A DNA stretch of 64,000 nt, taken from NCBI GenBank assembly GCA_044225365.1, contig JBGAIQ010000005.1, positions 174,713-238,712 of the forward strand. Reading direction: 5' to 3'. This DNA comes from Planctomycetota bacterium. GTDB taxonomy: Bacteria > Planctomycetota > B15-G4 > JADJEK01. Of this stretch, positions 1-11,602 are shown piece by piece (the first letter of the stretch is position 1; each line of letters opens with the position of its first letter). The notes under the pieces are model-generated. The model was given only the letters and a program-made list of their open reading frames with translations, was not told the DNA's origin and made no database searches. The position numbers and the translations under genes are program-made.

Positions 1-956
1 CCCTTCCACAGTTTGAGACGCGCGACGTCGTCCCGCGCACGATCGAACGAGAGCGCCCCGAGTTCGGCAACGAGCGTCGCGACGCGGTCGGCCGACGCCT
101 CGACCGCGGGCGCTCCGCCGTCGAACTCGATGAGCAGGACGGCTCCCGCGTCGCGAGAGTAGCCCGCTGCGTACACCGAGGCCTCGACCGCGTCGATCGT
201 GAGCTTGTCGAGGATCTCGAGCGCGGAGGGTAAGAGACCCGAAGCAATGATCCGACGCACCGCCTCGCACGCGATCTCGACCGACGGAAACGCTGCGAGC
301 AGAGTCTCCGTCAGTTCGGGCAACGGAGTGAGTTTCAGCGTCGCCTCGGTCACGATTGCGCAGGTTCCCTCCGAACCGACGAGGATGCCGACGAGGTCGA
401 GCCCCAGGTCCCCGTCGAGCGGCGATCCGACGTCGACGATTTCACCATCTGGCATCACGACGCGCAGCGCGAGGACGTGGCGCGCGGTCGCGCCGTACTT
501 GAAGCAATGCGGCCCGCCGGAATTCTCGGCGACATTGCCGCCGATGGTGCACGCGACCTGCGACGACGGATCCGGCGCGTAGAACAATCCGAAGGGCTTC
601 GTCGCGAGCGACACCTGGGCATTCGGCACCCCGCACTCGACCCGCGCGAAGCGATTCGCGGCGTCGATCGCGAGGATCTTCCGCATCCGCGCGGTCTCGA
701 TGATGACGCCGTCCTCGGGACACAGCGCCCCGCCCGAGAGTCCGGTCCCGGCGCCGCGGGCCACGAACGGCACCTTCGCTTCGTGCAGCACGCGCACGAC
801 CGCAGCGACCTCTTCGGTCGTCTTCGGCAACACGACGACCGCGGGTCGGCTGCGCAGATGCGTGAGGCCGTCGCACTCGTAGGCGAAGGTCTCCTCCCGC
901 GTCGCGAGCACGTGCTCGCTGCCGACGATCGATCTCAGCCGTGCGACGTCCAGCAT
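1..956 (-). CDS. glcD: FAD-linked oxidase, glycolate oxidase subunit GlcD-like (3' end runs off the window)
   Basis: Translated by hand from ATG 956: MLDVARLRSIVG...AYECDGLT...PFVARGAGTGLSGG...YAPDPSSQVACTIGGNVAENSGGPHCFKYG...GSEGT. These are the FAD-binding PCMH motifs of the GlcD family. Absent from the ORF track because it has no stop in the window. Confidence 0.85.
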   Translation of the reverse strand, partial: MLDVARLRSIVGSEHVLATREETFAYECDGLTHLRSRPAVVVLPKTTEEVAAVVRVLHEAKVPFVARGAGTGLSGGALCPEDGVIIETARMRKILAIDAANRFARVECGVPNAQVSLATKPFGLFYAPDPSSQVACTIGGNVAENSGGPHCFKYGATARHVLALRVVMPDGEIVDVGSPLDGDLGLDLVGILVGSEGTCAIVTEATLKLTPLPELTETLLAAFPSVEIACEAVRRIIASGLLPSALEILDKLTIDAVEASVYAAGYSRDAGAVLLIEFDGGAPAVEASADRVATLVAELGALSFDRARDDVARLKLWK

Positions 957-1002
957 CGTCCTTCCAAGCCGCGAACGAGGATTCGAACGGGTCCTACCGC
1001 CA

Positions 1003-3693
<2,691 letters not shown>

Positions 3694-3925
3694 CGGGATC
3701 GCTCTGGCTGTTCGAGTTCGAATGCGAAGGTGAGGCGAATCGCCCCGCGCTCACCCGCCGCTTCCCGATCGCCGGAAAGAGGCTGTGGAAAGATCGCGAT
3801 GTTAGCAGCTTGCGTCGGATGTGCGCCGCGTTTTGGCCCTGCGATCCAGGGGCCGAGAAGGGGGTTCGCCAAGCGCGACGGGACGAAAAAAGCGCGCGAA
3901 TTTTCTGCGGGTCGCGGTTACGACC

Positions 3926-4156
3926 CGGAGTCACCGGCGTATCAAGGGGCGAGTTTCGAAAAGCGCACTTCGGTGTGCCGGACGGGACTCCGAGAGAAGT
4001 GCCTGGGTTGCTGCGCCGAAGGCGTAAAACCTGAATCTCTCCTCCCAGTTCCCTGAACACCAGGTGATCCCAGGCCTCTCCCGTAACTGCCTACCTCCGG
4101 ACTCTCCAAAACCGATCCTCATCCCGAAGACCCCCGGTACAAGCTGGGGGTAGGCA
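3926..4156. ncRNA. candidate structured small RNA or leader (three consecutive stem-loops)
   Basis: Stems CGGAGTC/GACTCCG (3926-3992), GCCTGGG/CCCAGGC plus GAGAG/CTCTC (3992-4080) and TGCCTACCTCCGG/CTGGGGGTAGGCA (4088-4156) lie in the long intergenic region between divergent genes. No known family recognised. Confidence 0.4.
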
Positions 4157-4245
4157 CTTGCATGGCCGCCTGTTCGCGCCCGCGATCGGCGATGCCTTTG
4201 GACCATCCCGCACAGCGCGAGGAACATCGAGCCTCTCGCGCTACC

Positions 4246-5310
4246 ATGACGGCGATGAACTCTCCGCTCGATCCTCCACCTCCCGATCCTCGTTACTCGC
4301 GGCAAGTGCTCTATCGGCAGATCGGCCGCGCCGGTCAGGAGAGGCTCCGCACGGCGCGGATCGCGATCGTGGGCATCGGCGCTCTCGGAACCGTGGAGGC
4401 GACGATCCTTGCGCGCGCCGGAGTGGGAACCCTCCGCCTGATCGATCGGGATTTCGTCGAACTCTCGAACCTGCAGCGCCAGGTCCTCTTCGACGAGCAG
4501 GACGCGCGCACGGCGATGCCGAAGGCTGCCGCCGCCAAGCGACATCTGTCCGCGGCGAATTCGACGATCACGATCGACGATCGTTCGACCGAAGTGAACG
4601 CGGCGACGATCGAGTCCCTCCTCACGGACGTCGACGTAGTCGTCGACGGCGCGGACAACTTCGAAGTGCGCTACCTGGTGAACGATTTCTGCGTTCGAGC
4701 GAAGAAGCCCTGGGTCTACGCCGCCGCGGTCGGGACGACCGGGCTGCTCATGCCGATCCTGCCCGGAACGACACCCTGCCTACGCTGCGTCTTCGAGGAG
4801 CCACCTCCGGCGGGAACGGCGGCGACGTGCGACACGAGCGGAGTTCTCGGCTCGACGACTGCAACCGTCGGTGCGCTCGCCGCACTCGAAGCGATCAAAT
4901 TCGCGACTGGCCGAATCGACTCGATCCGCCGCGGCCTCCTCGAACTCGAGCTGTGGGACAATGAGATCCGCGACGTCGGTCTCGCCGGCCCTCGGGACGA
5001 TTGTCCGTGTTGTGCTCATCGCAATTTCCCGTTCCTCTCCACACGCGGTGGCGGCGCGGCGACGTCGCTCTGCGGTCGGGACGCGATCCAAGTCGTACCC
5101 ACGGCGGTCGGCGCCTTCGATTTCGAGAGCGTCCGAGCGCGACTCGCGAAGGCGTTTGCGGTCGTCGACAACGGCTTCCTCTTGCGCTTCCCGTTCGAGG
5201 GGCGTCAGGTCACGTTGTTCCGCGACGGCCGCGCGATCGTCCAGGGCTTGAACGGCATCGACGACGCCGCGCTCGCACGGTCGATCTACAGCCGCACCAT
5301 CGGGGCATGA
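4246..5310 (+). CDS. ThiF/MoeB-family (E1-like) adenylyltransferase
   Basis: RYSRQ, GIGALG, IDRDFVELSNLQRQ, DGADNFE, PCLRC and CPCC Zn motifs, C-terminal LCGRDAIQ extension. Start 4246 preferred over the ORF-track start 4162. Confidence 0.9.
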   Translation: MTAMNSPLDPPPPDPRYSRQVLYRQIGRAGQERLRTARIAIVGIGALGTVEATILARAGVGTLRLIDRDFVELSNLQRQVLFDEQDARTAMPKAAAAKRHLSAANSTITIDDRSTEVNAATIESLLTDVDVVVDGADNFEVRYLVNDFCVRAKKPWVYAAAVGTTGLLMPILPGTTPCLRCVFEEPPPAGTAATCDTSGVLGSTTATVGALAALEAIKFATGRIDSIRRGLLELELWDNEIRDVGLAGPRDDCPCCAHRNFPFLSTRGGGAATSLCGRDAIQVVPTAVGAFDFESVRARLAKAFAVVDNGFLLRFPFEGRQVTLFRDGRAIVQGLNGIDDAALARSIYSRTIGA

Positions 5311-5422
5311 GCTTCGCGACCGTTTCCAGGGCGATTATCCTATTCCAGCGGCGAAGATTCGACTCGTACCCGGGGGGCCGCCACGGAGGATCAAGCCGAT
5401 GCGCAAGTTCGAGGGGTTTGCC

Positions 5423-7933
5423 ATGTCCGTTCTGAATCGATTTCGAGTCCTTTCGCTCGCGGTTTGTCTTGCGACCGACGCGATTGCGGGAATCAGCACC
5501 TACGGCGCAGGGTGTTCCGATTCCAGCGGTACAGCGCCGTCGTTCACGGCCTCCGGTCAATCCGTTCCCGGAGGTTCGATCACCCTCGCTTTCGACGGCG
5601 CGGTCGCGAACGGTTCGATCTTCGTTTTCGTGGGTTTCGGTCAGAGCACCATTCCCATCGTGGGTGGATGCTCCCTCGTCGTCGCGCCGTTGTTCCCGAC
5701 TCCGATCGGTCCGCTGCCCCTCGACCCGACGGGCGACCTGATCGCCCCGACTGCGCTTCCCGGGTCGTTTCCTGCACCCTTCACGATCACGCTCCAAGCA
5801 TTCGAAATCGATCCCCTCGTAGCAACGGGATTCGCCAACAGCCAAGGCGTGCGGATCGACGTCGAATCCTCACCCAGTGGATCGATGTTTCCGGGCGCAC
5901 AATTCAACGTCGGGAAGAGTCCATTCTCGATCGCCCTCGGCGATCTCGATGGCGACACTCGGACCGATCTCGTCTCCGCCAACTTGGGGTCCGGTAACGT
6001 CAGCGTCCTCCTCGGAAACGGACACGGCGGATTTGCGCCGGCGGCGAACTACGCCGTCGGGTCGTCACCGCAAGCCGTCGCGCTGGGCGATCTCAACGGC
6101 GACGCGATTACCGATCTCGTGACCGCAAATTCTGCATCGAACACCATCAGCGTGCTGCTCGGTACCGGCCAGGGGAATCTCGCTGCCGCCGTGAATCTTG
6201 CCGTCGGCACGGCTCCCGTTGCGCTCGCGATGGGTGACCTCAACGGCGACGCAAAGCTCGACGTCGTCACCGCGAATTATGGGTCGAGCAGCGTCAGTGT
6301 CCTCCTCGGAAATGGTCTCGGTGGATTCGCGGCCCCGCTTGCCGTCGCCGTCGGATTCACGCCCTCGTCCCTCGCGATCGGAGATCTCGACGGGGATACG
6401 AAACCCGACCTCGTCACGTCGAACTACCTCTTCAACAATGTCAGCGTCCTGCTCGGCAACGGACAGGGCGGATTCACGGTCGCGTCCAGTTCCTCCGTCG
6501 GATCGCTACCGATGGCCGTCTCGATCGGTGATCTCGACGGGGACACGCGACTCGACGTGGTCACCGCGAACTACAACTCCGGGACCGTGAGCATCCTGCT
6601 GGGAAACGGACAGGGCGGATTCGCCAGCGCATCCAACGCTGCCGCCGGTGCCGAGCCACGCGCCGTTGCGATCGCCGATCTCGATGGCGACGCCGAGCCC
6701 GACCTCGTCTGCGCGAACGAAGCACCATCGAGCCTCACTGTTCTGATGGGCAACGGGCACGGCAGCTTCGCGACCCCCGTCCAGTTCGTCGTCGGATACG
6801 CCCCGCACTCCGTCGTCGTCGGTGACCTCGATGGCGACTCGAGGGCCGATCTCGTTTCGGCGAATTTCGGATCGAGCAACGTGAGCGTCCTGCTCGGTAA
6901 TGGGCAAGGCGGGTTCACCGTCGCGTCGAAACTCCCGGTGGCATCGTCCCCCCGCTCCGTCGCCATCGGAGACCTGAACGGGGACACCCATCCGGATCTC
7001 GTCTCCGCCAATTTCGGGTCGAACAGCGTGAGCGTGCTGCTCGGTAATGGGCAAGGCGGGTTCACCACCGCCACCCACTTCGCCGCAGGATCCACTCCCC
7101 AGGCGATTGCCATCGGAGATCTCAACGGGGATCTGAAGCTCGATCTAGCGGTCGCAAACGATACCTCGAGCGCCGTGAGCGTCCTGCTCGGCAATGGGCA
7201 GGGCGGATTCGCGCCTGCGATCAAATTCGCTGTCGGTGCCTCTCCGTTCTCCGTCGCGATCGGCGACATGAATGGTGACACGAAACCCGATCTCGTTACC
7301 GCGAATCCCTTCGCCAACAACATCAGTGTCTTGCTCGGCACCGGGAATGGCGGTTTCGCTCCGGCCATTCGATTCCCCGCCGGGAACCAACCCTCGTTCG
7401 TCGCGATCGGCGATCTCAACGGCGACACGAAGCCCGACCTCGTCACCGCGAACGACAACGCGACCTACGTCAGCGTCCTCCTCGCTGACGGACAAGGTGG
7501 GTTCGCGCCTCCGACGAGTCTCCCCGTCGGAGCAGCACCGCTCGCCGTCGTCATCGCCGACGTCAACGGGGACGGCCACCTCGATCTCGCGTCCGCGAAC
7601 CATGGATCGAACGACGTCAGCATTCTGCTCGGCAATGGACAGGGGGCGTTCGGCGCCTCGACCCAGTTCGCCGTCGGAACCGCGCCCCGTTCGATCGCCG
7701 TCGGCGATCTCGACGGCGACGCCAAGCTCGATCTCGTGACGGCGAACTTCGGGTCGATGAACGCGAGCGTCCTGCTCGGCAACGGTCAGGGCGGATTCAC
7801 GACCGCAGCCAACTTCCTTGGCGAAGCGCTGCCCTTCAGCGTCGCCCTCGGCGATCTCGACGGCGACACCGAGCCCGACCTCGTCATCGCGAACGCCAGC
7901 TCGAACTCCGTGAGCGTCCTCTTGCAGCAGTGA
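5423..7933 (+). CDS. secreted FG-GAP/VCBS repeat protein (14 repeats, probably two 7-bladed beta-propellers) with an N-terminal ~120-aa beta domain
   Basis: Signal peptide MSVLNRFRVLSLAVCLATDAIA after a GAGGGG RBS; 14 copies of (G/A)D(L/V/M)(D/N)GD..D(L/V)...N.....VSVLLG at ~49-aa period. Confidence 0.88.
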   Translation: MSVLNRFRVLSLAVCLATDAIAGISTYGAGCSDSSGTAPSFTASGQSVPGGSITLAFDGAVANGSIFVFVGFGQSTIPIVGGCSLVVAPLFPTPIGPLPLDPTGDLIAPTALPGSFPAPFTITLQAFEIDPLVATGFANSQGVRIDVESSPSGSMFPGAQFNVGKSPFSIALGDLDGDTRTDLVSANLGSGNVSVLLGNGHGGFAPAANYAVGSSPQAVALGDLNGDAITDLVTANSASNTISVLLGTGQGNLAAAVNLAVGTAPVALAMGDLNGDAKLDVVTANYGSSSVSVLLGNGLGGFAAPLAVAVGFTPSSLAIGDLDGDTKPDLVTSNYLFNNVSVLLGNGQGGFTVASSSSVGSLPMAVSIGDLDGDTRLDVVTANYNSGTVSILLGNGQGGFASASNAAAGAEPRAVAIADLDGDAEPDLVCANEAPSSLTVLMGNGHGSFATPVQFVVGYAPHSVVVGDLDGDSRADLVSANFGSSNVSVLLGNGQGGFTVASKLPVASSPRSVAIGDLNGDTHPDLVSANFGSNSVSVLLGNGQGGFTTATHFAAGSTPQAIAIGDLNGDLKLDLAVANDTSSAVSVLLGNGQGGFAPAIKFAVGASPFSVAIGDMNGDTKPDLVTANPFANNISVLLGTGNGGFAPAIRFPAGNQPSFVAIGDLNGDTKPDLVTANDNATYVSVLLADGQGGFAPPTSLPVGAAPLAVVIADVNGDGHLDLASANHGSNDVSILLGNGQGAFGASTQFAVGTAPRSIAVGDLDGDAKLDLVTANFGSMNASVLLGNGQGGFTTAANFLGEALPFSVALGDLDGDTEPDLVIANASSNSVSVLLQQ
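5915..7930 (+). repeat. intragenic ~147-bp tandem FG-GAP repeats (x14)
   Basis: Recurring GGCGATCTC(G/A)ACGGCGAC motif; near-identical GTGAGCGT(C/G)CTGCTCGGTAATGGGCAAGGCGGGTTCACC copies at ~6881 and ~7028. Confidence 0.85.
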
Positions 7934-7985
7934 TGTCACCGCCGCCGGATCTGCGACGACCGCCCGCAGCGGAAGATGCCGCGGT

Positions 7986-10900
7986 TCAGTTCGCCTTGAC
8001 GTTGAGGATCAGAGCCGCGCGGGAGTTCGTCACGAGCGGCTCGATCGCGAAGAGTCCGGTCGGGGCGACCGAGCGGTAGAAGAACGGAGTCGCGTCGAGC
8101 GGGTTGCCGTTGTCGACGAAGGTCGTCGCGAATCCATCGAGCGTCGAGCCCGCCGGCCTCGGAACCGTACCCGAACTGAACACGATGCCGCTCGGCGACG
8201 ACGGGAAGAAGGACGTCGAGCCCGCCATGATGATGCGGCTGAACGCGGTGGCCGTCGACGGGATGCGTTGCGGCGTCCCGAAGCTCGAGAGATCGAGCAT
8301 CAGCAGATCCTGGAGATTGTCGGGCGCGCCCGACGAATCGCCGTTGTCGACGACGATGAGCACCTTCGCTTCGGTCGCACTCGGCAGCACGTTGGAGATG
8401 CGCGCTCCCGTTCGCACGGCCCACGGCGAACCCGAGCCGTTGAAGAAGCCCGTGACCTGGACCGCGGGCGCCGGGTTGTCGGGATCGAACATGAAGAGCT
8501 GATCGATGTTGTCGCGCGGATCGCCCGCCTGCAGGTTCGCGAGCTGCGCCGTGTAGAACAGGTAGTCCTTGAAGGGTCCGCTGCCGCCAACGCGGCGGAA
8601 CTTGTGGTACTCCGGGTAGGACTCGAGCGTGAGCGAGCCGTCCGTCTTCGTATCCTGCGTGCCGACCGTCGGGATCGGAAGTCCGTCGTAGGGCGCGAAC
8701 TCCTTGCCCGTGATGTTCACGATGTTGAAGGACGGCTCGGTGGCTCCGGGATCGGGAGCGACATCGACCGCGAGCAGATTCTGGCGATCGAAACCCGCCG
8801 AGAAGATGCCGCGCTGCTCGCGGACGAAGTACATGTACTTCCCGCTCGGCGAGGCGAACGAACCACAGGGCTCGATCGTCGGACGATTCGTCGTCACGTC
8901 ACCTTGCGGATCCCAGGGGCCGAACAACGTCGCGGGCTGCGCTGGAGTGCCCGACTTGCAGGTGCGCGTGAGGTTTCGCGTCACCTTCGTGCTGACGTTG
9001 GTCACGAAGATCTCGAAGCGATCGGGCGGCGCACTCGCGAACAAGAAGCCCTGCTCGTACACGAGGAACTGGTCGTCGGTCGAGAAGTGGTAATCGCGCG
9101 AACTGCTGAAGTCGGTCTTGTCGACGACGCCGCCGTTCGCGAGATCGGCGAGGATGTCGGCCGTCAAACCGGCCGTCGAGCCATCGACCTTCGCGACTCG
9201 CGGCCAGCGCTCGGTGCCGTTCTCGCGAACGAACGCGATCAGACTTCCGTCCGCCGAATACGTGAAGGCGCCGAGTTGACCGTCGGTCGCTTCGTTGAAC
9301 TCACCGATGCTGAAGAACACCGTGAGTCCGCCCGTCACGTTCACGATCGAATGGCCGGCCGTCGTGACATTGGTGATCGAGAGGACGTTCTCCGCGTTCG
9401 CTGCAGTGCCCGACGCAGCGACCACACAGAGCGTGTTGCGATCGGGCGACGGATAGTACTGACGATCGATGCGACCGATCGACGGGAAGCTGCCGCCGGG
9501 CAGGACCAGCGAGGGTATGCCGACCGAGTCCGCGACGTTGATGCGGAACAGGTGGTTCGGATACGTACCCGCGACCGGGGACGCGACGTCCGTCGTCGCG
9601 AAGAACGCCACGTACGAACCCTGACCGTCGTTCACGAACTCGATCGATTCCTCGTAGACCTTGCGGAACGAATTCTGATCTGCGCCCGATGGCACGAATT
9701 CGTAGATCGGCTGCCCATTCGAGAAGTTGCCGCCGGGTTCGAGGTTCAGCATGAAGACGCGATCGAACGTCGACGACGATTGATCGAGCACGACGACGGC
9801 GCGCTTGTTGTCCGGCGAGATCGAGACCTCGTACTCCCACGCCGAGTTCGTCGGCGAGTTCGTGAAGGCGAACGAGGCGAACGGCGTGAGATTGCGCCAG
9901 GTATTCGTGTCCTTGAACAGGAGACCGAATCCGAACTTGCCGCTCGCGATGTCACGCCACAAGAAGAGCGATCGATTGCCGGGGAGTTCGATCCGCGGGA
10001 AGTCGCGGTTCTCGTTGTTCTTCTCCGGCCTCGTACCGGTGAGAAACTCCATGCCGGACGCCTGATTCCACAGACCGACGAGCGCGGTCGTGTTGTTTCC
10101 CACATACGCCGCGATCAAGTCCTGATCGGTCGGCGCGCCCGAACCGTTCACGCCATTCGCCGGATTGCTCTGGCTGTAGAGGACGTGTTGTCCGCCGAGC
10201 CCGATCATCCAGAAGTCGATGCCCTGCGTCGCGAACGAGAAGTCCGACGCCGCAGCCGGAGCCACCGTGGAGGCGTCCGCGAGATCCGTGTCCGTGATGA
10301 CCGCGGGAACCACGCTCTGCGTGACCACGGCGGCGCCGGCATTCGTCGGCGCGAGCGCGGACGTGCCTTCGGCATAGGCGATCGTCGCGCTATAGGTCAG
10401 CGGGTCGAAGATCACCTTCACGCCCGTTCCGGAAGTGACGGCGAGCGTCTGCGTGTTCAGTTCGACGATCTGCATGTAGAGCGCGACCGTCGTGCTGACG
10501 CTCGATTCCAATGCGATCGGGAGCGGATTCGGCGCGCTCACGCTCGGCGAATTGTTCACGAAGTACGCGATCTGCGGCACCAACCCGCTGAGGTTGAAGT
10601 TGCCGCTCGCGTTGAACCGGAACACGGGTGACGGGACGTCGTTGACGATGTCGGTCGCGGCGAGGCTCGCTTGGCCCGTCGCATTGAGCTTCTGCCGAAT
10701 GAACTCCATCCCGATCCCGTCGAACACCGGATGGATCGGAACGTACAGCGTGCCAGGGATGCTCCACGGCTTCAGGTAGTAACCGTTCGTGATATTGGCC
10801 TCGCCGCCAGGTGAGCCGTCGAACGCATCGCCCGCGAGCATCACCGCGAAGGGCGCGTTCGGCGTGCCATGGAGATTGATGCTGAGGTTGCCGAGCTTCT

Positions 10901-11048
10901 TGAGGTGCGGCACGCCGAGATTGTTCGAGGAGACGGGATTCGGCACTCCGTTCACCACGAGTGTCGGCGCGGACGGCGAACCTGCGATCGCAACGCTCGC
11001 GACGAGAGAGACCGACACCGCAACGAGAGCGCGAGCGATGGACGACAT
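7986..11048 (-). CDS. large secreted beta-propeller (TolB/WD40-like) surface protein, ~1020 aa
   Basis: GGAGG RBS before ATG 11048; signal peptide MSSIARALVAVSVSLVASVAIA; SPDNKRAVV, SADGSLIAF, SPSGKYMYF blade-type motifs. Confidence 0.7.
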   Translation of the reverse strand: MSSIARALVAVSVSLVASVAIAGSPSAPTLVVNGVPNPVSSNNLGVPHLKKLGNLSINLHGTPNAPFAVMLAGDAFDGSPGGEANITNGYYLKPWSIPGTLYVPIHPVFDGIGMEFIRQKLNATGQASLAATDIVNDVPSPVFRFNASGNFNLSGLVPQIAYFVNNSPSVSAPNPLPIALESSVSTTVALYMQIVELNTQTLAVTSGTGVKVIFDPLTYSATIAYAEGTSALAPTNAGAAVVTQSVVPAVITDTDLADASTVAPAAASDFSFATQGIDFWMIGLGGQHVLYSQSNPANGVNGSGAPTDQDLIAAYVGNNTTALVGLWNQASGMEFLTGTRPEKNNENRDFPRIELPGNRSLFLWRDIASGKFGFGLLFKDTNTWRNLTPFASFAFTNSPTNSAWEYEVSISPDNKRAVVVLDQSSSTFDRVFMLNLEPGGNFSNGQPIYEFVPSGADQNSFRKVYEESIEFVNDGQGSYVAFFATTDVASPVAGTYPNHLFRINVADSVGIPSLVLPGGSFPSIGRIDRQYYPSPDRNTLCVVAASGTAANAENVLSITNVTTAGHSIVNVTGGLTVFFSIGEFNEATDGQLGAFTYSADGSLIAFVRENGTERWPRVAKVDGSTAGLTADILADLANGGVVDKTDFSSSRDYHFSTDDQFLVYEQGFLFASAPPDRFEIFVTNVSTKVTRNLTRTCKSGTPAQPATLFGPWDPQGDVTTNRPTIEPCGSFASPSGKYMYFVREQRGIFSAGFDRQNLLAVDVAPDPGATEPSFNIVNITGKEFAPYDGLPIPTVGTQDTKTDGSLTLESYPEYHKFRRVGGSGPFKDYLFYTAQLANLQAGDPRDNIDQLFMFDPDNPAPAVQVTGFFNGSGSPWAVRTGARISNVLPSATEAKVLIVVDNGDSSGAPDNLQDLLMLDLSSFGTPQRIPSTATAFSRIIMAGSTSFFPSSPSGIVFSSGTVPRPAGSTLDGFATTFVDNGNPLDATPFFYRSVAPTGLFAIEPLVTNSRAALILNVKAN

Positions 11049-11436
11049 GCAACCTCCGACACGACGGACGAATTGAGCGCAAGGACGAGGCGGGCGAATC
11101 AGGCGCGCGTTCCTAGCCGGACGGCCCCAGTGCGACAAGCACGGACTTCACGACGAGGAGCGCAAGGGGAACCGAGATCCGATCGATCCTGAACACATAC
11201 CCAGGGCGCGAGGAATGGTGACCGAGAGCGACACGCGGCGGAAGAATCCGTTGCGCGAGGGGTGGCCAACGGGGCCCTCCTCTCCGCTCGAATTCGATCG
11301 CCAGATCGTGCCACCGTCGATCCCCGAGGAAGCGCAGTCGCACATCGACCACGCCGCTCTCGCCATGGACCACCATGGATGGATCCTCACCCCTCACACG
11401 ATGAGGCGGCGGGTGCTCAACGGACCGTCAAGTCGA

Positions 11437-11465
11437 AGTCTACGGCAGGCTTAAGGATGGGTCAA
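11437..11465 (-). promoter_or_regulatory. sigma70-type promoter TTGACC-N17-TAGACT
   Basis: Minus strand reads TTGACC CATCCTTAAGCCTGCCG TAGACT with an exact 17-nt spacer, pointing at the 7986-11048 gene. Confidence 0.55.
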
Positions 11466-11602
11466 GCCGAGCGGATAGCCTGTCGGTGAACAGCGGCCGA
11501 GCGGCGCAGCGGTCCGAGGGAGTGCACGAGAACGCCTACGAGATCCGAAACGCATTGTGCACAACGTCGCGCGGGTCATACGTTTCGCCGCGATCGACGG
11601 GC

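Noticed and set aside
3960-4090. Moco or TPP riboswitch, or 6S RNA, upstream of the ThiF/MoeB gene
   Set aside because: Only fragments (CTCCGAG, CTCCCGT) recall the Moco motif. The TPP core and the 6S central-bubble rod are not evident, so it is left as an unassigned structured RNA.
5345-5392. TTCGACTC...GCCGCCA resembling a tRNA 3' fragment (possible att site)
   Set aside because: No T-arm stem or cloverleaf can be built.
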